Source: a virus
Reading direction: 5' to 3' (one strand)
DNA: 42,808 nt
Virus record (IMG/VR): IMGVR_UViG_3300025164_001013
Coordinates: 1 to 42,808 of that record
Made by a program: the position numbers and the translations under genes. The notes beneath the pieces are model-generated. The model did no database searches. It saw only the letters and a list, made by a program, of their open reading frames with translations, and was not told the origin of the DNA. Below are positions 16,816 through 25,827 of this stretch, piece by piece (position 1 is the first letter of the stretch; each line of letters opens with the position of its first letter).

Positions 16816-18509
16816 TTTATCGTCCAGCCAATGCGCTCGAGCTCGGTCGCCAGGACCGTACGCTCGTAGGCTTTCAAGCCTGGCACGACGTCGGCAAAAA
16901 GACGAGCCGCCGACGCGGGGCGGGGCACCGAGTCCGTGCGGCGTTTGTAGGCGATAGCCGTCTCTTCGAGCACGCGCAGCACCTTGGCCTCCGACCATCC
17001 GGTCAGCACCTGCAAGCGCGAGCAGACCACGGCGATCATGTCGTCATAGGACCGCAGAAGGTTGCTCACCGGCGCCCACTGGCCTGTCTTCTTCGACACT
17101 TCTGGCAGTCCAAGCACGTCGCTTCCCTGGGGGCGGCCCTTGATGCCGAGCAGCTTCCGGGTAGTACGGCGGGAGAGGACCTCCGTCACCACCTCCTCCA
17201 CCAGCAGGCCGGACAGCGCGTAGAAGATCTCCGGCCCGTGGCCATGAATGGTCTCGTGAAAGAGGGTGTTTATGGACTTTCGGTGTAGGTCCGTGAGCTG
17301 GGCGCCGCTTCCCTTGGCGAGCTCTGCCGTGGCCTCCGACAACTGCTGCGCGACTACGGGGTCGATGGTCATCTCTCCGGTGTCGGTCTTCCACGATGCC
17401 CGGATGCCAGGACCAGGACTCGCAACCGTCACCACGTCATCGCTCGGAAGTGCTGGCTTTTGGACAGCGCGCAGGCTGCGTTGCACGAAAGACCGCGCCG
17501 CCGCCCGAGCGGCCTTGCCACCGTCCTTTGCCTGCCAGCCCTTGGCGATTGACGCCCGGGCGCCGCGCGCACGCGACGTCGTCTGCTGCGGCGTAGCGGC
17601 CGGAGCGGCGGCCGGTGCAGCCGCCGGCGGCTGCACGCCCATCGCCACGAGCAGCTTGTCGACCACGGGGATCGCCGAGCACCTGCAGCGCACGTCGCCG
17701 CCAGGGTGGTTGTGGCCGCCGGCCGCGTTGGTGACCGGCGCCGAGTCCCAGCGGCAGCGCTGGCCATCGAGCACGCGGTGATGCGGGCGCACCCGCTCGT
17801 CCTGCGAGGTGCTCCAGTCGTACTCCGCGATTCCGAGGCGCGTTTGCCGCACGCGCGTGAGCTCGCCGTTCAGCTTGCCGACCTGGTCGACGGCGATCAG
17901 GTTCGCGCGCGAGCGTGCGAGACCGAGCTCGCGTTGCAGGTCCCTCGAGATGTCCTCGACGCGTCGACCCTCGCGCACGCCGCGCAACGCAGCGGCCTCG
18001 ATCCGTGCGAGCGCCTCAGTGCCGAGCGATCCAATCAGCTTCACGTTCTGCTTGGCGAACGCTTCGAGCTGCGCCTGCTGGTCCTCGGCGACGGGCAGCG
18101 GGTTGAAGCCGGTCTGTAGCTTGAGCGTGGCGCCGAGCTCGGCCTTGTTGCGTGCCGCGACATCGACGGCGATCGTGCGCACGGCCGTGTCGATCCGCTG
18201 CTCGTTGACACGGGCCTCGTAGTCGGCGACCGCACGCGCCATCGCGTGCTCGACGTCGTCGGCAGGCGCGTCACGGCGCTCGAGCTCGCGTGCGTGCGCG
18301 AGGATCGCCGGCATACGCGGCAGCAGGTGCTCGCGCACCGCGGCCCCGAGCTCCGCCACCATGCCGCGCAGCAAGATCGAGTAGCGCAGCGCCGCGGCGT
18401 TGGGGAACGCTGGCGGACGCACGCGAGTACTCGGCCGGCGTGCGAGGCCGCGCTCGCGTGCAAGCTCGCGCCGCATCCGCAGCTCGAGCGCCTTCTCGGG
18501 CCGCAGCAC
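16812..18509 (-). CDS. Head morphogenesis protein (SPP1 gp7 / Mu F family) with C-terminal HExxH domain
   Basis: 565 aa. The Mu F core has the conserved ...DERVRPHHRVLDG...RCRC motif (residues about 100-285). An Ala/Pro linker follows, then a 220-aa domain carrying HETIH (17244..17258). Confidence 0.8.
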   Translation of the reverse strand: MLRPEKALELRMRRELARERGLARRPSTRVRPPAFPNAAALRYSILLRGMVAELGAAVREHLLPRMPAILAHARELERRDAPADDVEHAMARAVADYEARVNEQRIDTAVRTIAVDVAARNKAELGATLKLQTGFNPLPVAEDQQAQLEAFAKQNVKLIGSLGTEALARIEAAALRGVREGRRVEDISRDLQRELGLARSRANLIAVDQVGKLNGELTRVRQTRLGIAEYDWSTSQDERVRPHHRVLDGQRCRWDSAPVTNAAGGHNHPGGDVRCRCSAIPVVDKLLVAMGVQPPAAAPAAAPAATPQQTTSRARGARASIAKGWQAKDGGKAARAAARSFVQRSLRAVQKPALPSDDVVTVASPGPGIRASWKTDTGEMTIDPVVAQQLSEATAELAKGSGAQLTDLHRKSINTLFHETIHGHGPEIFYALSGLLVEEVVTEVLSRRTTRKLLGIKGRPQGSDVLGLPEVSKKTGQWAPVSNLLRSYDDMIAVVCSRLQVLTGWSEAKVLRVLEETAIAYKRRTDSVPRPASAARLFADVVPGLKAYERTVLATELERIGWTIK

Positions 18510-18511
18510 CG

Positions 18512-19951
18512 CTACTCCTCTGGCTCGAGATCAGGCTCGGGCTTCGGTGCGTTCGGATCGATCGGCTCGGGTGGGTTCTCGAGGCGGTCTACGGCGTTCT
18601 CGACGCCCAACTTGAGCATGGTCTCGCGCGCCTCGACGTCGATGCGGGTCTCGGCAGACCAGCCCCCTGGACCGAAGCGCGAGAGCGCTACCTCTTCGGG
18701 AAACAGCACCTGCGCGTGGACATAGGCCACATCGGATTCTGCCTTCAGGTTCTCGATCTCGGCCTGCTCCTTCGCGGTCGGCGTCCAGAGGGGCTTGAAA
18801 CAAATGTCCCACGACTCCGGCTCGCCGCCCTGCTCGTGCCACAGCATCGCGAAGAGCTTGCGGAGCTGCGGCTTGACCTGGGCCTCGCGCTCGGCTGCGC
18901 ACTGGTCGCGAAACCATCGCAGGTCCGACTCGCCGGTGGCGTTCAGGCCCGACGGTGATTGCCCGAACGCGATGGTGGCCGGCATGCGGGCCGCGGCTGC
19001 GAAGCGCAGCACGAACATCTGCATCACCTCCGGCACGCCGGTCAACGGAGTCGGCTTGCGCTCGAACTCCTCGCCGTCCGCGTCGAGCAGCACCGCCCGC
19101 ACGGTCGAGCGGGCGAGGTCCATCATTTCCATGCGGGCGTGGATGACGTCGCCGCCGCCCGCTGCCATCTGGTCGGCGAAGCCCCGCATCTTGAACACCG
19201 CCTGCGCGACGTCGGCCATCAGGTGAGCGACCGAGCCCCACGTGGTCTCGAAGTCTTGCAGCACCTCGTGCACGCGCTGCAGCACCGACTGGTCCCAGCC
19301 CATCAGCGTGCGACGCTTGGTGGGAGTCGTGCGAGCTCCGCGGAAGATCAACATTCGCGATTCGTGAATCGCGAATCCGCCGGCGGCCGAGGAGGTGACG
19401 GGCCCGGACGAGGGCACGCGCGTGATGCGGTAGAGCTGCGGTCGGCCGTACTTCGGCGCGCGCGGGTCCTCGTAGTAGCTCAGGACCTGCATGTCGCGCC
19501 GATCGAAGGCGGTCAGGAACGTGACCTTCTTGACCTTCGCGGGATCGAGCGGATCGATCTCCCCGAGCCCGTCCTCGACACCCACATACACGCCCCCACC
19601 ACCGAAGAGCCTTCCCCAAGTGAGGCCTTCGACGAAAGCCTCGTGTCCGCCGAGCTCGCACCAGCGAGCCATTAGGGCGTTTGCCTGCTGCGAGTCGTCG
19701 CAGGTGAGCTCGAAGCCCGAGCGCATCATTTCGTCGACGGGCAGCTCACAGACGCGCGCCGCGAGGTCGTTGCCGTCGTAGAGGTTCTCGAGCTCGGAGT
19801 CGCTCAGCGGGATCGACAGCGCGAACGCCTGGCCGCGGCGCTTGTCCCGCAGCACGTTACCGAGACCGGTGATGGTGTTGATCCAGCCGTCGTGGCGGAT
19901 CTGCCGCCACACGTGCTCGACAGTGGATCGACTCAGTACGCCTCGCTGCAT
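18512..19951 (-). CDS. Portal protein (DUF1073-like)
   Basis: ATG at 19951, 4 nt after the terL stop. 479 aa. Position between terL and Mu F. The upstream 82 Arg/Pro/Ser-rich codons of the tracked ORF are rejected. Confidence 0.8.
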   Translation of the reverse strand: MQRGVLSRSTVEHVWRQIRHDGWINTITGLGNVLRDKRRGQAFALSIPLSDSELENLYDGNDLAARVCELPVDEMMRSGFELTCDDSQQANALMARWCELGGHEAFVEGLTWGRLFGGGGVYVGVEDGLGEIDPLDPAKVKKVTFLTAFDRRDMQVLSYYEDPRAPKYGRPQLYRITRVPSSGPVTSSAAGGFAIHESRMLIFRGARTTPTKRRTLMGWDQSVLQRVHEVLQDFETTWGSVAHLMADVAQAVFKMRGFADQMAAGGGDVIHARMEMMDLARSTVRAVLLDADGEEFERKPTPLTGVPEVMQMFVLRFAAAARMPATIAFGQSPSGLNATGESDLRWFRDQCAAEREAQVKPQLRKLFAMLWHEQGGEPESWDICFKPLWTPTAKEQAEIENLKAESDVAYVHAQVLFPEEVALSRFGPGGWSAETRIDVEARETMLKLGVENAVDRLENPPEPIDPNAPKPEPDLEPEE

Positions 19952-19955
19952 TCGA

Positions 19956-21464
19956 TCACCGGTTCTCGAGCGCCTTGCGCCAGCGCTCCATCCCCACCGT
20001 ATCCAGCTCTGAGAAGGCCCGGGACGCGGCGTCGATCTGGTCGGCGTGCTTGCCTTCCGGGAAGGCCTCGGCCTCGGAGAAGAAGCTACCGTTCCACTCG
20101 CCCCGCACCACCTTGACGTTCTGGGCCTCGGCCTGCGTGCTGAGCGGGCTCGCGTAGGTGATCTTGTCCTCCTTGGCGACGAGCGTGCGGACCACATGGC
20201 CGGGCAGCATGCGCTTGAGCTCCTGCGCCTGCGCCTTGCCGGCCTGGCCTGGGTCCTGCCAGCACGCCTGCACTACCTTCGGGCCGTCCTGCTGGGCTGT
20301 GGTCTGGATCAGCGCCCGCACCTGCCCCGGCGAGCCCCGGAGGCTCACGACGTCCTCGAGCCAGAATCCTCCGTCCGAGTCGATGGCCATCAGGACGCCG
20401 CGCGTCCACGACGGGTCGGGGTTCTCTGGTGTGGGCTTGCTGGCCGCGAGGTCCCAGCCACGCGCGCGCCTGATCACCTTCGCCCGTGGGCACGGCTTGT
20501 CGACTACCTCGAAGAAGCCGCGTTGGAAGTACAGGCCCGCGGCCGGCGCGATGTTCCAGTTGCCCTTGCGCAGGCGCAGGCGCTCGACGCTCTGCAACGA
20601 GTGCAGGTTCGCCTCGTAGCCGGGATCACCGTCACGCAAGATCTTGTTGTCGTCGAGGGTTGCGGGGATGAAGGTGAAGCTCTTGGGCGGGATGCGACGG
20701 CCGTTGGTGTCGACCATCTCGGGGTGCTGCGCCTCGAGCTCCTCGCGGCTGTCGCTCCAGTGCAGCTGATCGTCGCGGCGGTAGAACCACCGCACGACGC
20801 CGGACCGCTCGGGGATGGCGTAGCCGTCGGCGTCGATCCACCAGTCGACGAGCCTGCGCACCCAACCGCCGACGGGATCGCTCGCCGGGACCGGGTTCAT
20901 GGTGGCGCGCACGTACGCGCGCACGTGCGACAGCGAGCGAGAGCGGCTCAACAAGTACCAGAACTGCGACTCGAGGAAGTGCGGCAGCTCTTCGAAGTGG
21001 ATGCCCGCGTACGCTTTGCTTTGGTGTTGTTGGGTGTTGAGCGCGTGTTGCAGGTGCGAGAGCTTGACCGATCCCCCAGCCGGCAGCGCCCAGGACAGCT
21101 CGGTCGTGTTGGAGCGCGCACCGAAGCGCGGATAGTGGGCGAGCGTCTCGGACCAGATCGACTCCGCGCCTTTGAGCTCGCCGGTCGTGCGCCGAAAAAT
21201 GATCGCGTTAAAGCGCGGATCGTCGAAGTAGCGGGTCGGGTAGATGGCCTGCGACCAGCTCTTGCCGCCGCCGGCGCCGCCACCGAAGAACACGATGTCG
21301 GCGTCGGACGAGAAGAACGCTGTCTGGGGGCCTTGCTGCGGCGCGATGCCGACCGACCACCAGTGCTTGCCGCAGGTGCAGATGTGTTCGCAGGCCGAGA
21401 GTCCGTCGTCGAGCAGCCTGCGCGCGTAGACGGCAACGCGCTCGGGCGGATGCCCGCACCTCAC
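19956..21464 (-). CDS. terL: Terminase large subunit
   Basis: 502 aa. Walker A FFGGGAGGGKS. C-terminal nuclease-like region. GTG start overlapping the upstream stop. Confidence 0.9.
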   Translation of the reverse strand: MRCGHPPERVAVYARRLLDDGLSACEHICTCGKHWWSVGIAPQQGPQTAFFSSDADIVFFGGGAGGGKSWSQAIYPTRYFDDPRFNAIIFRRTTGELKGAESIWSETLAHYPRFGARSNTTELSWALPAGGSVKLSHLQHALNTQQHQSKAYAGIHFEELPHFLESQFWYLLSRSRSLSHVRAYVRATMNPVPASDPVGGWVRRLVDWWIDADGYAIPERSGVVRWFYRRDDQLHWSDSREELEAQHPEMVDTNGRRIPPKSFTFIPATLDDNKILRDGDPGYEANLHSLQSVERLRLRKGNWNIAPAAGLYFQRGFFEVVDKPCPRAKVIRRARGWDLAASKPTPENPDPSWTRGVLMAIDSDGGFWLEDVVSLRGSPGQVRALIQTTAQQDGPKVVQACWQDPGQAGKAQAQELKRMLPGHVVRTLVAKEDKITYASPLSTQAEAQNVKVVRGEWNGSFFSEAEAFPEGKHADQIDAASRAFSELDTVGMERWRKALENR

Positions 21465-21892
21465 GGCGCCTCGTCGCGCACCCGAATGCCCGCCTTGCGA
21501 AGAAATTCAGCGGGGCTCAGGCCGTGGTTGAAGCGTGCCTTAGTGAGGATGGCGTTGACGACCCGCAGGCTGCGACGGAACCGGCTGTGCCGCTTGGCGC
21601 ACGCCTTGGCGCAGTAGTCGTGGTTTCCGGTGCGGCGCACAAACATCTTACTGCACCCGGGGCACTGCGCGGCGCCGAAGTTCCGCCGGCGCAGCGCGTG
21701 CACGTCGAAGACGGGACGCTCGCTGCTGAACGTCGCCGGCGTCGGCTCGCCTCGCGCGTGGGCGGCGCCGACGTTGCAGCCTTGGCAGGGTCCCAGCTGC
21801 GAGGGCCGCTGCTGCGCGTGCTCGTGCCGGCGCACGCACGCGGCGCGTGTCAGCACGCACCGCAGGGGCACGCACCGGAAGGTGTCAGCCAC
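21461..21892 (-). CDS. Double zinc-ribbon protein between terS and terL
   Basis: GTG at 21892 overlaps the terS stop. The Cys4 module FRC..L.C.L.R..C...PC.GC..G..H.RGEP is paralogous to 22448..23017. Second module is QCPGC...DYCAKAC. Confidence 0.5.
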   Translation of the reverse strand: MADTFRCVPLRCVLTRAACVRRHEHAQQRPSQLGPCQGCNVGAAHARGEPTPATFSSERPVFDVHALRRRNFGAAQCPGCSKMFVRRTGNHDYCAKACAKRHSRFRRSLRVVNAILTKARFNHGLSPAEFLRKAGIRVRDEAP

Positions 21893-22451
21893 CGTCGGCC
21901 TTTGGCTTGACCCGGCCCGCGCCCGGATAGTGGTAGTGCACGACCGCGCCCGTCGCCGGCAGCGGCGCGCCGTCCTTGCCGGTGTGCTCGTGCTTCTCGA
22001 CCACGAGCCCGACGATCTTGGCCAGCAACGCCAGCGCGCCGAGCTTGTCGTGCTGCTTGACCGCCTGGCCGTGCCGGCCATCGCTGCCGAAGATGTCCCG
22101 CACCTCAGCGACCGCGTACAGCTGATCGGCGGTGAGGCTCTTTGAGGCCTTGAGGCTCACGCGATCGGAATCCCACTGCGCCACCTGCCCGACGTCCGAG
22201 GTCGCCAGCACGAGCAGCCGCCCCACTACGCTCTCGAGGCTGACCCCGAGCTTCGAGCACACGTCGCTGGCGCGCCTCTTGAGCTCGGCCTGCAGGTCGG
22301 GGTCGCGCAGCATCTCGTAGGCGCGCTCTCGAGCGCTACGCGCCGGAGCCCCGGCCGCGCGGGCCGCACGCGCGCCGTTGAAGTCTTTGAGGTACTCGAG
22401 CACGAACACGTCGCGCTTGAACGTCGATCGCTGGCGGCCCTTCTTCTTCAC
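21885..22451 (-). CDS. terS: Terminase small subunit (Terminase_2-like)
   Basis: GTG at 22451 in GTGA overlap with the upstream stop. The motif F..EYLKDFNGA.AA..AG is typical of P27-type small terminases. Confidence 0.7.
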   Translation of the reverse strand: MKKKGRQRSTFKRDVFVLEYLKDFNGARAARAAGAPARSARERAYEMLRDPDLQAELKRRASDVCSKLGVSLESVVGRLLVLATSDVGQVAQWDSDRVSLKASKSLTADQLYAVAEVRDIFGSDGRHGQAVKQHDKLGALALLAKIVGLVVEKHEHTGKDGAPLPATGAVVHYHYPGAGRVKPKADGG

Positions 22452-23017
22452 CCTGCGACGCCTCCGAACCGAGCGGCGAGCTGCTCGACGGCCTCGAGGC
22501 TTGCGCACTCGATCTCGAGCCTACCGAGCCGCACCAGGAAGGGCGCCGGCGGCAGCTTGCCGGTCAGCGTCACGACCTCGAAGCTGGCTGTGCAGTCCTG
22601 GCAGGTGGCGGTTCTTGTCTTGGGCATAATCGGCTCCTCGGTGGTGGGCTCGGGCTCGGCGGCCTGGGTGGGGGTCGCAGTGGTGATGGGCGGGGCAGGT
22701 TCCGGCACAGCAGCCGCAGCGGCGGCAGCGGCAGCCGCCTTGCGCGACTTCTGAAACCCCCACGCGATGTGGCCGCGCTTCTTTGGAGCGGCGATCGGGA
22801 TCGAGGCCGGCACGGGTGAGCCGATCGCGGGCGCGTCATGGTGCGGCTCGCCGCGCCGGTGCGAGATCCCGATCGGGCACTCGGTGCAGGGGGTGCGGCC
22901 GTTCTTTCGATCGGCGCCGTTGTCGCGCACGTACCGTAGCGCGCAGGTCGAGCGCGAGAGCTTGATGCGCAGCCGATCGCAGCGGAAGTGCTCGGCCATG
23001 TGCAGGGCGAAGGTCAT
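22448..23017 (-). CDS. Cys4 zinc-finger protein with Ala10/Pro-rich linker
   Basis: ATG at 23017 in ATGA overlap with the Dam stop. N-terminal module FRCDRLRIKLSRSTC...PCTECPIG..HRRGEP. Alanine tract encoded by a GCN repeat at about 22700..22740. Confidence 0.5.
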   Translation of the reverse strand: MTFALHMAEHFRCDRLRIKLSRSTCALRYVRDNGADRKNGRTPCTECPIGISHRRGEPHHDAPAIGSPVPASIPIAAPKKRGHIAWGFQKSRKAAAAAAAAAAVPEPAPPITTATPTQAAEPEPTTEEPIMPKTRTATCQDCTASFEVVTLTGKLPPAPFLVRLGRLEIECASLEAVEQLAARFGGVAG

Positions 23018-23943
23018 GCGGCCAGCACCGGACCCAGCGGCCCGAACACCTTGCGGAACAGCGGCAGCTTGGGGCCCGAGTAGAAGATGGCCTGCGCGTA
23101 GCGGTTGCCGCTGTGTGGCGAGCCGTCGTGGGCCAGGAACGAGATGCGGGGAGGGAAGCAGACAGGGAGCTTCCCCAGCAGCGCGCGCTGCCACGCCGTG
23201 TCCGTGCAGGCGTTGACGAGCAGCACGCCGGCGCTGAAGTCGAAGCCGGCGCCCTCGAGGAAGCGGCGCGCGAACTGCTCGCACAGCGGATCGCTGTAGG
23301 GCGGGTTGAGAAAGAGCGTCGAGGACTTCCACGGCTGCGTGAGGCCGTTCTGCGCGACCGTGTAGTAGCGCTGCGCCCCCACCACCGCCTGCGCGCGATC
23401 GTTGCTGGCGGGGTCGAGCTCGATAGAGCCCAACACCCGGCGGACCATCTCGATGATCGCGGGCGGGGTGCCCCAAGCGTCGCCGTCGAAGTCGCTGGCG
23501 GACGTCACGGCGGCGAGGTCGGGGGCGCGCTTGCCGGACTCGACGCGTGATCGAGCGGTCTCCAGACGCGCGGACCACTCACCGGCATCGAGCTTGGCCA
23601 TCTTCTCGTATCGCGCGACGTCCTGTCGCGTAAGGCCCAAGCGTTTGAGCTCGCGAGACTTCGACGGCGGCAAAACCTGTTCGGTTTCCGACAGGTTCTT
23701 GCGCGGCCTGCCACCTCCGGTTGGGTGCTGCTCCATCTCGAGCGTGAACTCGCCGATCCTGCGTTCGTAGCGGCGCCCCAGCACGTAGGTGTCGGCGTGC
23801 GCGATGCCCACGACCCTGTGGCGCCGGGTGTACTCCTCGATCGCCTTCACCTTGTCGCGAATCTCGACGGCTTCGTCGACGCTCTTAACCTCGGACAAGA
23901 GCGCGCAGGCCTTCTCGAGCGAAGCCGTGATGGCGAGCGTCAA
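23014..23943 (-). CDS. Phage DNA N6-adenine methyltransferase (Dam-like)
   Basis: 309 aa. Catalytic motif LFLNPPYS. Family pattern of phage N6A methylases with a helical N-terminal domain. Confidence 0.8.
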   Translation of the reverse strand: MTLAITASLEKACALLSEVKSVDEAVEIRDKVKAIEEYTRRHRVVGIAHADTYVLGRRYERRIGEFTLEMEQHPTGGGRPRKNLSETEQVLPPSKSRELKRLGLTRQDVARYEKMAKLDAGEWSARLETARSRVESGKRAPDLAAVTSASDFDGDAWGTPPAIIEMVRRVLGSIELDPASNDRAQAVVGAQRYYTVAQNGLTQPWKSSTLFLNPPYSDPLCEQFARRFLEGAGFDFSAGVLLVNACTDTAWQRALLGKLPVCFPPRISFLAHDGSPHSGNRYAQAIFYSGPKLPLFRKVFGPLGPVLAA

Positions 23944-24797
23944 GGCACGGCCTCCATGACCAGACCGAATGGACGCATGCCTCTCGTGAACGCCTCGCCG
24001 CGGTCGCCGACGTAGAAGACCGCGATGTCCTCGCGAATCGGGATACCGTTGCAGTCAACGTCCTGGCGCCCCTCTGCGAATAGCACCTTGGCCACACGCC
24101 CCAGCCGCTGAAACCACTCGGACCCAGTACCTGGGCGACTGATCACCGCGATACCCTGCCGAAACGATCCTGCTGCGAACTCGGCCACGAGCCTGGAGAG
24201 CAGCCCCCTCCGGCTCGCGGAGACATGCACGATCACCGTCGACGCGCTCCATCGATCCGGCTCGTCTCCCGTGATTACGAGGGCATCGGGTCCTGCTAGC
24301 TCTAAGAGCGCGCTGAAGACGGGCCCGTGGATCCCAAGTTTTTCGCGACTGTACTCCGGATCCCATGACGGGCTTGCAACCAGTGGTCCTTCGGCTCTCC
24401 GAAGAATCCTCGCCTTCCCAAGCGCGATCCGTTCGGCAAACTCGACGCTCGGAACCTTGGCCAGCCGCTCAGCTCGATACACTTCTTGATTAGAAAATCC
24501 GTAGTTCCTGATCGTGTCTTGCTTGGTCACCCTGGTAGCGCTTTGCGTCTTCGGACTTGGCCCGGGCTTCGCCAGGGCGATGCCAATGGTTATTTCCCCA
24601 ATTCTGCGCTTCGCGATTTGCACTAACTCCCAGGCGGCCGCATGAGCTTCTCCCCCGCGATCACGTGCTTCGGCATATGAGCGCAGTGCCTCCGCCTGTG
24701 ATTGCATCTCCCTAAGCTCCCAAAGGTCACTGCATTCGACCAGCGCCGTGCGCGCTGACTCGATTTTTTGAAGTGTGGTGATTTGCATCTGCGTCAT
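23940..24797 (-). CDS. Dam-like paralog lacking the NPPY catalytic motif
   Basis: ATG at 24797 in ATGA overlap. Collinear similarity to 23014..23943 over its whole length, but the NPPY position reads VHVSAS. Its 5' third is visibly less GC-rich. Confidence 0.55.
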   Translation of the reverse strand: MTQMQITTLQKIESARTALVECSDLWELREMQSQAEALRSYAEARDRGGEAHAAAWELVQIAKRRIGEITIGIALAKPGPSPKTQSATRVTKQDTIRNYGFSNQEVYRAERLAKVPSVEFAERIALGKARILRRAEGPLVASPSWDPEYSREKLGIHGPVFSALLELAGPDALVITGDEPDRWSASTVIVHVSASRRGLLSRLVAEFAAGSFRQGIAVISRPGTGSEWFQRLGRVAKVLFAEGRQDVDCNGIPIREDIAVFYVGDRGEAFTRGMRPFGLVMEAVP

Positions 24798-25372
24798 GCC
24801 TCCTCCCTCGCCGACTGCGGCAGCACAGCGCCGACCTCGCCCGCTCGAGCCGCCCACGAGCCGATAAGGATCGCCGGCGCCGACTCTTGCCCGACCACGG
24901 GCCCGACCGCTCCGCTGTCCTGCACGACGAGGCGCGCGCGCACGAGCTCGGCCGCCTTCGCGGTTTCACGTGACACGCGACCGATACCGACAGCGTCGCG
25001 CCAGCGCTGCGGATCGACGGTGAGGCGCCGCGTGTTGGGCTGCCGGCACGACACCCACGCAAGCCGCCAGCTCGCACGCGTCTCGCCTGAACCGAGCAGG
25101 CTCGCGAAGCTGCGCTTGCCACCTCGGTGATGCACGGGCGGCCGCTCGAGCACGAGCACGCACGGCACGCTCGCGAGTGCGAAGAGCTGCACGGCCGCGG
25201 CCACGACTGCGCGGACGGCCTCGAAGTCGAGCCCGTCGACCTCGCCCCACTGCACGAGCCGGCCCTGCCCCCAGATGGCCCAGCCGGCGTGGCGGCCGGG
25301 GTCGACCGCCAGCACGACGCAGCGGTGCGGTCGGTAGCTCGCCTGGCGGCGTGGCTTCTTGGGCCGCTTCAT
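24794..25372 (-). CDS. RuvC-like Holliday junction resolvase
   Basis: ATG at 25372 in ATGA overlap. VVLAVDPGRHAGWAIW (first catalytic Asp motif) and C-terminal ESAPAILIG. Confidence 0.65.
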   Translation of the reverse strand: MKRPKKPRRQASYRPHRCVVLAVDPGRHAGWAIWGQGRLVQWGEVDGLDFEAVRAVVAAAVQLFALASVPCVLVLERPPVHHRGGKRSFASLLGSGETRASWRLAWVSCRQPNTRRLTVDPQRWRDAVGIGRVSRETAKAAELVRARLVVQDSGAVGPVVGQESAPAILIGSWAARAGEVGAVLPQSAREEA

Positions 25373-25827
25373 GGGCAACACCCGGCTGCTCTTGCCTCCT
25401 CTTCGAGCTGAGCGGCGCTCACCTCTCCGAATGCGCGCTTCCTTTTCCCCAGCTCTTCGGCTGGCCACGGAGACCGGCGCACGACCAGCACGCGCGCCAT
25501 CGCGCCGGGCAACTGCACGTAACGCAACGCGATGTCGGTGCGTGTCGAGCACCAGCAGCACACCGTTGCGCGTCGCCGCACCGGGTTTCCGTGTTGGCCG
25601 AAGGTCCGTTTGCCCGCGTCGTCGAGCACTTCCTCGTGCAGGACCGCCGCAGCGCATCCGCATGCCGGACAATGCACGACGGTGCCGGCGGCGAACGATG
25701 CGTCGATCTGGGCCTGCAGCGCTTTCGCAGCCGCGAGCCCTGCGGCGGCAAGAGCAGCGGTCGCGGTGACGGTTTGTGACGGCTCCGGGGGCGCGAGCGC
25801 GAGCTCAAGCGGCACTGGCTGCGTCAT
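25369..25827 (-). CDS. Cys-rich hypothetical protein
   Basis: ATG at 25827 in ATGA overlap. 152 aa, with HCPACGC and CCWC clusters. The rest of the 418-aa tracked ORF is rejected. Confidence 0.45.
   Translation of the reverse strand: MTQPVPLELALAPPEPSQTVTATAALAAAGLAAAKALQAQIDASFAAGTVVHCPACGCAAAVLHEEVLDDAGKRTFGQHGNPVRRRATVCCWCSTRTDIALRYVQLPGAMARVLVVRRSPWPAEELGKRKRAFGEVSAAQLEEEARAAGCCP

Noticed and set aside
18512-20197. Long N-terminal extensions in the ORF track (portal 561 aa; also 12117..13223, 22448..23578, 24794..25672, 25369..26625, 25976..26968, 2863..3636, 37236..39020)
   Set aside because: - The extensions are Arg/Pro/Ser-rich, overlap the preceding recognised gene, and have lower GC3.
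- Internal starts that form ATGA/GTGA/TGATG overlaps with the upstream stop give proteins of normal family length.
22700-22740. GCN trinucleotide tract as a possible phase-variation site
   Set aside because: It is an imperfect mix of GCA/GCC/GCG/GCT codons encoding Ala10 in a linker. In-frame slippage would only change linker length, so nothing suggests on/off switching.
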